Positions 53,383 through 64,000 of a stretch of 64,000 nucleotides of DNA are shown piece by piece (the stretch's first letter is position 1; every line of letters begins with the position of its first letter). The stretch is from NCBI GenBank assembly GCA_015680685.1, contig MNCI01000161.1, forward strand, positions 74,744 to 138,743, read 5' to 3'. The position numbers and the translations under genes are program-made. Source of the DNA: Gnetum montanum (taxonomy: Eukaryota > Plantae > Gnetophyta). The notes under the pieces are model-generated. The model was given only the letters and a program-made list of their open reading frames with translations. It made no database searches and was not told where the DNA came from.

Positions 53383-56300
53383 TTGGCAATTTTGCAAGAC
53401 AGTTGGCAAATGGACGCAACTTTATCTACACCCCTAGCCTTAACAGGCCCACATGGGGAAATCATTAGACAATTTGATCTCACACTAGGAGAAACTAACC
53501 TTTCCCTCAATGATGTGACCATAGCCACATTGAAAACATCTCTAGACTGGCCAGAACAATTGACGTGCACATTAGATCTAGAGGATGGAGATGTAACCAA
53601 AGACCCCCTCAACGAGGTCCCTATGGTTACGCATAAAGGTGAGAATAAAAATCTTAAGGTTAGTTCTCTACTGGACCAAAAGGCACATGACAATATAAAA
53701 CAGGTGCTCCAGAATAACGTTACAGTATTCGCATGGTCATATGAAGATATGCCGGAACTAGATCCAAGGCTAATACAACACAACATAATTCTAGACCCCC
53801 ATATTAAAGCAATTAGACAAAAGGCCCAGAAAATTAAGCCAGAAGTCACGCTAGTAGTACGTGATGAAATTACTATACTGTACCAGGCTAATTTCATCTG
53901 TGCAATCGATTACTCAGACTGGGTATCTAACATTGTAGTTGTCCCTAAGAAGACCGGAGGGATACGCATTTGCATAGACTTCCGGGACTTGAACAAAGCC
54001 ACAGTCAAAGATAATTTCCCGCTACCGAGTATCGACCAACTAGTAGATACAACCGCTGGGCATGCGCTTTTATCCTTCATGGATGGCGTTTCAGGCTATA
54101 ATCAGATTCGCATCAACCCAGAACACCAGCTGACCACAACATTCATCACACCCTGGGGGACCTTCTGTTACACTATGATGCCTTTTGGTTTAAAAAATGC
54201 TGAAGCTACGTATCAATGAGCTATGATGTACATCTTTAGTGATTATCTCCTAGGAAGATTGAATGATTATGTTGATGATATAGTTTTTAAGTCCGTAAGG
54301 TCGGAAGATCATTTAGAGGACCTGGAGTTAGTCCTTAAAAGATGCTCTAAATACGACCTCCGGCTCAACCCAAAGAAGTGTGTATTCAGAGTCAAAACTG
54401 AGCGCATGCTAGGGTTTGTGGTGTCAGAAACTAGCATACGAGTAGACCCTGACAAGGTCAAGGCCATTGTTGAATTGACACCCCCTACAAATCTCAAGCA
54501 ATTACGCGAGTTGCAAGGGCGATTACAGTTTATTAGGCGGTTCATCTCAAGATTAACAGATAAATTACACCCTATGCAGCATCTACTTAAAAAGGGGGTT
54601 AATTTTGAATGGACAGACAATTATTAGCATGCGTTTGACAACTTGAAACAAGAACTTCAACACTTGCCAACAGTATTCCCACCACAAAGGGATCAGTCAT
54701 TCTACATTTACCTCGCAACCTCAGACGTAGCCCTAGCTGCATTACTCTACCAAAAGCGAGGTGATGGGTCAGAAGTACCCATCTACTACTTGAGTCATGC
54801 TCTATGTGCGTATGAAACAAGGTATAATGAAGTAGAGCGTAATTGTTTAGCATTAGTGTTTGCGCTCAAAAAGTGCAGACACTACCTCTTCCGTAGCAAA
54901 GTCAATGTAATCTGCAAGAATAACATCCTTAGAGCTATTAAGCACAACCTATATCAAAGTAGTAGGATAGCTCGTTGGAAAGCTATCACGGCAGAATTCG
55001 ATCTGCATTACATTGGTCAATCTTCTACGAAAGGCCAAGTGATAGCCGACCAACTAATGACATCACCTATTGACAGTCAGGTGACGATAGAGCCTGAATT
55101 TCTCGACGAACATGTACATAGTCTAAGCCCTATTCTAACAAGCCTCGAAGCAACGTTACATTTTGATGGAGCTTCAACCGCTAGAGGCGGCAGTGCCACC
55201 ACAGTCATTACGCTATCACTTGAGGATGTGCATCTGCATGTCTATCGCTTAACCTTCCCCTTTACGAACAATGTGGCAGAATACGAGGGGCTCCTTAGGG
55301 GACTATCAATAGCCAGAGAGCTTAACGTTCAACACTTGGCGATTAGGAGCGATTCGATGCTCGTGATAAATCAAATCACAGGAGTCTCCGCCTGCAAGGT
55401 TGTACATTTACAGCCCTACTACGATATGGCTAAAGATCTTCTGAAGCAGTTCATAACAACCGATGTCCAACACGTGCCTCAAAATGACAACATGTTAACC
55501 GATGCACTGGCTACATTAGCATTGAATGTGTCACCGCATCTATTTGACACTTGTCCCACCTTAATGACAAAGTGTGCAGATCCTGTCATTCAGACGGCAC
55601 AAATATCTTCACTGCTCATGGATGAAACGCCAGAATGGTACGATAACATTAAAACTTACCTCCTGCATGGTGAACCACCACATGAGCTAACACGTGCACA
55701 AAAAGATGCAATTCGCAAGCGAGCTAGGCAATACGTCATCATAGGAGATAGTACTCTTTGTAGACGCTCTTTCGATGGAATGTTGCTTACTTACGTTAAC
55801 AAAGACCAAGCACAAGTTATAGTCAGCGAAGTTCACGAGGGACTATGTGGAGGACACGTAGCTCCATGGGCCATGGCCACTAAAATCCGTCGCTTAGGGT
55901 ATTATTGGCCATATATGGAAAAAGACTGTCTTACAAAGGTTAAAACATGCGACACATGTCAGTGTTACGTGAACCTTATACATGTGTCGCCTACAGAACT
56001 ACACACGACGTAGATTACATGACCCTTCCAATGATGGGGATTAGACATTATAGGGCCTATCACACCAAAATCTTCCATAGGACACAGCTTCATAATCACC
56101 ACTACCGAGTATTTCACGAAGTGGTTTGAAGCCATCCCTTTGAGAAAGATCACATCTCAACAGGTCTGCCATTTTATTTTGGACAACATCGTAACTAGAT
56201 TTGGCCTCCCGATGACTATCATGACTAACAATGGGTCACAATTTAGCAGTGTGGAAACCAAATCTTTTTGTGATAGCCTTGGTATCAAAAAATCTTTTTC

Positions 56301-56879
56301 CTCGCCTTATTACCCGCAAGCGAATGGTTAAGCTGAAGCAACAAATAAGGTCATTATCAATTTGCTCAAGAAAATGCTCAACAGTAACAAAAGACGATGA
56401 CATGAAAAGATCCTCTACGTGCTATGGGCGTATCGTACCACATGTAGAACAGCTACAGACTATACACCTTATAGTCTAGTCTATGGATCTGTGGTGGTGC
56501 TGCCCCTTGAATTACAAGTTCCTTCTCTGCGGATGGTCCTCTCCACGATTATAAATGACACTCAACACACCGAGTCTCAGATCATGGATTTGGATTTAGT
56601 AGAGGAGAAGCGAATACAAACACTTGATACCATCGAAAAGTATCAAGAGATAAGCAGAGGCAGAAGCACCATCATAATCTTCAACAACGTCTGATCAAGA
56701 AAGGAGATTTGGTTCTCAAGGTCGTTCACGAACCAGTAGGCAAATTCTCTACAAACTGGGAGGGCCCTTTCTTAGTAGCTAGCGTATATGGCAACGGTGC
56801 ATTCAAGCTAGCAAACATCAACGGCAACAAGTTATCAAATCCCATGAACCATATATACTTGAAGCGGTACTACATCTAG
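53383..56879 (+). pseudogene. Tat pol: RT - RNase H - archaeal-type RNase H - integrase
   Basis: WVSNIVVVPKK..RICIDFRDLNKA, MPFGLKNA, YVDD; YLATS..ERNCLALVFALKK; FDGAS..TNNVAEYEGL..DS.LVINQ; H.G.C.GH..C..C, GLDIIGP, YYPQANG and NWEGPF. Several stops and one frameshift near 56655. Confidence 0.95.
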
Positions 56880-56919
56880 CTGCATATCCAGTGTTAACAT
56901 CAACATCAGGCACAACCAT

Positions 56920-57440
56920 CGTTCGCTACAATGTAAAACTGGCATTCTCTTCACGCGTCCATCACGACACTAAATTGGCAATGATCGTCCACTACGATGT
57001 AAAACTGGCACTTTCTTCACGCATCCGTCATGACGCTAAACTGGCAACGATCGTCCACCACGACGTAAAACTGGCAAATTGCAATCGTCCGCTACGATGT
57101 AAAACTGGCAGTGTTGTAGAAGTCCGCCAAGACATAAAACTGGCATTTCCTGCACGTGTCCACCATGATGCTAAACTGGCACTGACTGTCTGCCATGACA
57201 TAAAACTGGCAAAGGTAAGCATCCATCTGCTGAGACATAAAACCAGCATAGACTTGTCCCTGGGTCACGACATGAAACTGACATCCACAGCACAGTCTCC
57301 TGAGACCATCAATCAGCTCTACCGTCGTCCGCTACGACGTAAAACTAGCATTTTTTAGTTCACCCAGACTTTAAACCTAGATCATAGTCTGTTGGGACTT
57401 AAAGCCAGCAACAACAGTCTACCAAGACTTAAAACTAGGA
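56920..57440 (+). repeat. Degenerate ~33-36-bp tandem array (core CGTCCRCYAYGAYGTAAAACTGGCA)
   Basis: About a dozen copies immediately after the INT stop, as is typical of Tat 3' regions. Confidence 0.9.
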
Positions 57441-58594
57441 CCTACAGACTGCCAACATACAAATCAAGTGAGTGTAAAGGTCTCTGTGTGGCTGCAAAAC
57501 TAACGGGGTGGGATGTTGGGACAGCCCCAGCATCGTTACTTCATAGGCATTCTGTTGATTCCTCGGATATGCTGAAAGGCATACTACTGATCCCTCAGAG
57601 ATGCCGTCACTACACCCATTTCAGCGGTGGCACCTTTGAAGGGTCAGTTTCGTCACCCGAAGCCCCAAAGGAGTTCTCACCAACCATGACCTTGGGGATC
57701 TTCGTTCATCATCACTATCAGACTCTGGCTTCACAGATTCACCTAGCTGGTTCTTTGCATAGCCAGTTAGGTGTGATGAGTCTGATTTTTGAAGACGATA
57801 TGCTGCACCGAGCATCAACATTGAGACCCTGGCCTCTTGCTATGGTCCCTTACCCATGGCCCACTCACTCCTTCTCGCCCTGGACAGTACTTGTTTCAAC
57901 AACTTCTCTGACGATTCGGCTGAGCAATGGTGTCCTCTATTTTCTTTTTTGATTACAGGTTACTTGCTATGAGGACATCGTTCAAAAGTGCGTTCACCTG
58001 AGCAGTGAAGTAAAGACAGCATTTTGAGATGGCCACTTAGGTTAGCCTGTCTACTTAGGAGTGCAACCCTATCTTCCTTATAATCTGATCTCTTGTTCCT
58101 ATTCCCCTCCTTGGCCATTCCATCTATTTTCCTTGTACAAAATGTGAATACACAACATACACTTTCCGCATCTGCATTACAATCAAGTCCATGAACTGGT
58201 GCAACGCAACTCGCCTAATGGGCACCCAAAAAAAAGAAAGAGGGGGTCGGCAAAATGGATGAAAAACAACCCATCCAAGCCATTCGTCCATGCAAGCCCC
58301 TTTATCTACAATATGATGGTATAACTCCATGCAAATGCAATCGCAGGAGAAAGCCTGATCACTTATGCACAAAAAGCCATACTCACACACTTGAGTCTTT
58401 CCCGAACCTCTCTCTTCTTGCCTCTGTCAGAATTCCACCCATACCGTTTTATCTTCCATTCTCCTCACTTCTACACTTCTAGATTGACAGGGTGACACCT
58501 GAGTGACCATCGATGGATGCTATTGGTACTTTTACCCATCCGGTGTTTCGTATTCTTTGTCGACGTCTTTCAGGCAAACCCTCTAAACATCAAC

Positions 58595-58607
58595 AAAGAG
58601 GGGCCAT
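58595..58607 (+). promoter_or_regulatory. Polypurine tract
   Basis: AAAGAGGGGCCAT directly before the TG of LTR 2. Confidence 0.8.
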
Positions 58608-60189
58608 TGAAACACCGCAAAAAATTACGAATTGGCCTAGGGCGAAGATTCACGACTCGGGCGAAAGTTTGTAGCAAAAATCCAGAAGACAGAACAAGAT
58701 AAAGAGGCGCACAACATCAAGTCTCCAAAGTTTCTTAAAAATTCTAACTTTGCTTTGTTTTCTCTCTTTATGCCACATAGCGTGATGTCGCTCGACGTAA
58801 TTATGTCTAATGTAGCGTGATATTGGAAGGTAGCTTACTTCGGTGAATACGACAAAGTTTAAGGCCTAAGCAGCGAACTACGACTTGTCGCATATTCCAC
58901 CAAGTCTTTTGTTCAGGACTGAATTTACGCTCCATTACGCAGAGTAGCGTAATGAGCTTCAAGGAAGTCAAAGTCAGAGTCCAAAGGAGCGCGGCAAATT
59001 GACTTCTTTTTTGCAGATTGGTCGCTTTACGCTTATTATGCTACGAAGTGTAAACAAGCGTAACTTGTTGTGAGGTTGACTATTTTTACGCTCCATTACG
59101 CTTTATGGTGTAAATAAATGCAAAGTAGCTTGAGTTAACTACTTTTATGCTCTATTACGCTCTGCCATGCTATGCAGCATAAACAAGCGTAATATAGTGT
59201 AAAGTCAGCTAAGGCAGCCCCATACATGCACCTGCTATCCATACGCAGCAATATGCTTATCAGCGTATCGCAGCGTAATCATGAGGCGGCTTTAGCAGGA
59301 GTGGTTTAAACGTACTTCGCCCCCCCCCCCCCCCCAAAATATAATGCGGCATGACCAGCTTTAACATAAAAATTGTCAAGTCAACAGTGTTTTGAAAGTT
59401 TGAGACACGTGTCATCAAGACCGTGCCTTCCCATATGATGCTGAACTTATAAATACCCCAGTTGACAAAAAGAGGAGGGACTTTTTCTTGTTCTGAAAGA
59501 CATAAGGCATTGTTTGGGCATTGGCAACAAGAGCGATTAGTCGTCTTGGCGAAAACATTATCCTCTTCATTGGCGATCATTAATAGCTTTAAGCAAAGAT
59601 TACCAATGGAAAAAAGGAGTAGATCAGAGATCAAGAGATCATCTGGTACGATTGGCAAGGTTTATTGATCAAAAATAGTTGATCGATAGACATCCAAGCT
59701 TGACCTTCCTTGCATTCCACTTTTGGCTTACGAGGTAGACCAACCTTCATTCTGTTCTCCCTTTGAAATAGTTTTCTTGTTGTTTTGTGTATGCTTTACA
59801 CAAAGATAAACGAAGTCTACCATTGGAACGTTGTATGCAATATATTCAGCCTTCGAGTCAAATCATAGATCTTGGAATTATGCATCTTTTCTAAATCTGA
59901 TCTTCCTTGTTGCGTTGACGTTATCATTATTTCAAGTTCTTTACATTGTTTTCTACTCCTTCTATGATTCATTGAATTAATTCGTTTTGTGGAATATATA
60001 TATAATATATATACTATCACGATATTCGATAATTTACAGATTAAGTAAGTTCCTTTTTGATCGACAAGACCATTCAGGGCACCTCGAATCTGTTTTCTCC
60101 AGCACGGCCCTCACACGGATCCGTGGTTAAGACTATGTACATGGATCTTCGCTCGGTATTCCCAGTGACTGACGTTTTCCATTGTTACA
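58608..60189 (+). repeat. LTR 2 (1582 bp), shared between tandem units
   Basis: Preceded by a PPT and followed by a PBS. Confidence 0.95.
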
Positions 60190-60195
60190 GTTTTC

Positions 60196-60213
60196 TGGCA
60201 TTAGAAGGAGGGC
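60196..60213 (+). promoter_or_regulatory. Primer binding site of unit 2
   Basis: TGGCATTAGAAGGAGGGC, at the same spacing as in unit 1. Confidence 0.75.
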
Positions 60214-60437
60214 TGAACCTCCGATCCGTATTTTACAGGTAACCCTGTAAGCAATCTGTACCCACATTCACATAACGTAAACGTAATACCTCTAGGGAAG
60301 TTTATCAAATCGTGTGGTGTAGATTGGTCACAGTAACGATTCCTTTGGAATCCTACAGGGTAGAAAGCCCAATCACAATTCCATTTGGCTGTCACCTTTT
60401 AAATCTTTTCATTTGTTGTTATCAATCTATCTGAGAG

Positions 60438-63400
60438 ATGGATTCTGCACATACAACCATTGCCGCTATGATCGCCACTGACTCAGGTGCCATAACTGTA
60501 AATCCCATTACCATTCCCGAATCAACTTTCAGCATGATAGGACCTCAGGGACCGTCGCATTGTTCATTGCAATTACAGGGCAAGGATCCTTCACTTACCA
60601 TCTTGACTCCTGAAGAGTATACTTTCATTTGCGTGAAGATCCAGGCAAAGCTTGCCCTTAGCCGAGCCGAGATGGAAGCAAAACAGAATTACGAGCTGAT
60701 CCACAAAGGGGGTCAAGACTTCACCCCTACTACATATGACATAATCCCCCTTACCGATCATTATCATGAACTCCTGTTCCAACTAGTTATGGCTAAGAAT
60801 CAGACTACGCAGTCTATTCTAAAGCCTCAAAACGCGGACGAGGAGGAAGATGAATTCTCAGCTCAGTCTGAACACGTGGATTCATACCATACCCTCAACC
60901 CCCATACATATGTGAACCCCCTATTTAATCCTCTCACCGGAGAAGCTACCCATCTCAACCCAATCATGACCACCCAAATGCATATTCCCATCGCCCTACA
61001 GGCCACCACATAATCATCGGTCTTGCAGGTACAAATGCCACCTCAAAATACCGTGGGAGTAATCCCCTCACCACATGTAATCAGTATTCCGTCAGTGATA
61101 CCTACGTCTACCACCCGCCATTTCATTCCCCAAGTGTAGGTCCATACCATGCCTATAACCCACCTGGTGCAAAATCCGGTGCAAACCTTATCATCACAAC
61201 CCATTGCAAGGAAATAGATCGCAACCACCATTCAATTACAGCGATCTGTTCAACAACCTAAGGCTGGTAAGTGGATCACACCTGTTGCACAACACAATCA
61301 ATCTACGTTCTACGATGTGCAACCCTTAGCTGCATCTACCACACATGTCCCATAGGTAACTGCACAACATCCTTACACCTTCCATCCTACACATCTGGCG
61401 ACGACCAATTTTTTTGCACAGCCTATCGGGTGGTGGGTTTCACAGGCAGCTCCATCTATGGGGACAATCCCCGTTGCACCATTTTTCAGCCAAGTTATCG
61501 CTCCCTTCCCATTGCATGGTACTACTCTTCCAGTCCAACCCCTTGCTCCTCCAGCGCCAACTTCATCATCAACAAGTCTGGATCAAGCTTTTTTGCTTAT
61601 TTAGACCCTCACCGAAGAAGTTAAGCAAATTAAAGCTGTTAGCTCTGATACAATACAGGTCATGGATTTCTACCATGATGATCCCATCAGCCTAGTAGTC
61701 CCCATGCTATCGTTGCCTCTAGGGATGTCTTTGCCCCATCTTACTAAATACAATGGGGAAGGTGATCCTAATGCTCATCTCACTACCTTCAGGTCTGAAT
61801 CCTTGCTACTACAACAATGGCCCCATACGATTATCCATGTCTTTGCAATGTCTCTGGCAAGTAAGGCCTTGGATTGGTATCGAGCACTCCCTCACTCTTC
61901 CATCTCAACCTTGGAAGAGCTCCTAACACAATTTGTAACTCACTTTAAATACAATTTAAAGCTGGAAATCACATTAGATCAACTTATGGGAGTGAAACAA
62001 GACTCGATCGAGCCAGTCCAGAAGTTTATAAAGTGATGGAGCACTAATCTGAATGAAATCCATGAGCCTAACGCAGAAGCCCATCTGTTGGCTATTTTCA
62101 AAGGAGCAGTTAACGACTTTATCAAGTCTAAACTATACTACCTTGCCCCTCGCTCCCTGAGTCAATCCTTTGCGCAAACTAAGAGCATCCAAGATGCTAC
62201 GGAGGCTAGTAAAGACCCAGCGTATGTGGCCTATAAGAACGCCAACAATAAGGGTAAAGACAAAGGTAAAATAGCAACGATGACAATAGTTGCGCTGGAC
62301 GAGGGCGCCAAAAACAAGAATAACAAGAAGGCATCCACAACGCCTGCCAAGACCACAGCTAGTGCAAGCAGCACCAGTCAAGAAGCACTTGCCCCTGAAC
62401 AACCCTCATAGTCAAAACCAAACTTCGAGCGTAAAGATCGTTTGAAATATACAGCCCTGCCTATAAAGCATTCGAAACTGCTGAAATAATTATTAGGAGC
62501 AGGATATATTCAAAACAAAAAAATATCTGAAGAAGCTCTACAACGTCACAGGCGTCATTATGAATTGCTGAAGAACCCTTCTTTAGCTCTACCCAACGAA
62601 CCGTCAGTTCCTAAGTCTTTCAGGTTGGATCGTTTTTGTGACTACCACCAGTTGTGTGGTCACAACACCAATTACTGCTGGCCATTGAAGGATGATATTC
62701 AATGCATGATTGAAAATGGTTCTTTGACATTAGACAGCAGTAGTCCAACACATCCCAAAAACCAGGCGATGCATGTGTACAAAGATCCGTTAAACGCAAA
62801 TAACGCAACGTACACCATCAACATGGTAAGTACGGACAATGAGGGAAAGGTACCGCCTAAGCAACCCTTTGTGTTACATGTACCTATCAATTCACCCCAA
62901 GGGGCAAGTTCTTCACTGGTAATTAGCAGCGCCTCGAGGCCACCCTTTGTTATTTGAATGCCCTCTCAAACTATAACTCAGTCTCACATTAACAATAAAG
63001 CTGCGGCCATGCCCACACCTACTCCTAAGGCACCTTTTATCCTTAGGGTACAAAAACCACCAGCTGCCCCTTTTACATAGGAGCGAGCCTCTAACCAAAA
63101 CCATCAAATGCCATCCAATAAAAAAGGGGAAGGAGATGCACCAATTAACACAACCAAAGACTGCTCTATGCTAGGTTTTACTAAGCCCAGACCCTAGCTT
63201 TTGTACCTTCGCCTGCACCTCCTGGGCAAGTCAAAGGTACAAAAACATAGACACCTCCTCTCGGCAAAAAGAAATACAACCCTCTGACCGATGCTATTCC
63301 GCCTCCAAAAATTCGTCTCTTAGGGTGAATGGAAGAGGAAAGAGCAGACAAGCCACTTAGCCAAGAGCGGGACCTCTTCGACGCATTTACGCAAGTCAAG

Positions 63401-64000
63401 CAGGATCTAAACCAGAAGAACACAACATTGAGTCTATATGACTTGCTTATGACATCTCAAAAGCACCATGAGGCTATGGTCTGTATGCTAACATCCATAC
63501 CTATGGATGAAAGCTTACCAGCGGAAGAGGAAGCGATACATGCTGTCATGTTTCCCCCCACCGCTGAGCGACCTAAACCTACCCCATTGACCTTTCATGA
63601 TGAATCCATCAAAGATGATCCTGAGAAAGGTCGAGTGACAATAGAACCCATGTTCATCACCATCCGGGTTGGTCAACATCGGATCCAGAGGGTGCACGTT
63701 GATGATGGTGCAGCTACGAATGTCATCCCTTATCCTATTGTGGATAAGTTGGGCCTGGTCGACCAGATCAGTCCTACGATGACATCGTGCCTAAAGTCGT
63801 TCAACAGAGCATGAGTTCAAGTCAAAGGGATGGTACATATCAATTTTGTGGCAGGAGACCAGTTCCCGACAAACGCCACATTTATCATCGTCGAGGAGAT
63901 GCTTGGCTTCAACCTCATTCTAGGGAGGTCCTAGCTAGCCCAACTGAGGGCAGTTTCATCACCGATACACCAAGAGATACACCTACCTTATGCAGGGGGA
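60438..64000 (+). pseudogene. Tat gag-protease of unit 2 (runs off the window)
   Basis: Collinear with 44334-47772, roughly 90% identical. It retains PR C-terminal sequence that is deleted in unit 1. Confidence 0.92.

Larger units (their letters stand above)
42509..60189 (+). mobile_element. Tat-clade Ty3/Gypsy LTR retrotransposon, 17.7 kb, unit 1 of a tandem array
   Basis: Two matching LTRs, PBS, gag-PR, RT-RH-aRH-INT and PPT. The left flank AAGCC (42504-42508) is the predicted TSD. Confidence 0.95.

Noticed and set aside
56920-57440. Repeat-spacer pattern resembling a CRISPR array
   Set aside because: Repeats are degenerate, the spacers are only ~8-12 nt and related to each other, there are no cas genes, and the context is a retrotransposon 3' region.
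56891-57952. ORFs of 155 and 186 aa after INT
   Set aside because: The first is a translation of the tandem repeat. The second has a non-ATG start and no motif.
44334-63934. RNA editing or stop read-through to rescue the TAG/TGA codons
   Set aside because: Most stops are private to one copy and match methyl-C deamination. Frameshifts are also present.

Overview
Eukaryotic, land-plant-like intergenic DNA made almost entirely of nested Ty3/Gypsy LTR retrotransposons. I can support no host gene, RNA gene or CRISPR array. Positions ~4.2-42.5 kb are old, AT-rich, CG/CHG-depleted remnants: several Athila-like elements, one CRM-like chromovirus and an older Tat-like gag-PR. Positions 1-4.2 kb and 42.5-64 kb are younger. 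The main feature is a Tat-clade element at 42509-60189, with 1.58-kb LTRs and pol domain order RT-RH-archaeal-type RH-INT. Its 3' LTR is immediately followed by a second PBS and gag-PR, giving a tandem LTR-int-LTR-int array. Its architecture is unusual: gag-PR and RT-INT are separated by ~5.6 kb. That spacer holds a 27-bp repeat array, a multi-exon antisense gene with its own TATA/GA-repeat promoter, and, nested within that gene on the opposite strand, a GC-rich ORF with a similar transposon-accessory domain. Splice-site-like motifs suggest the whole spacer is a giant Ogre-type PR/RT intron. All domain calls come from motif recognition by eye; no database search was run.
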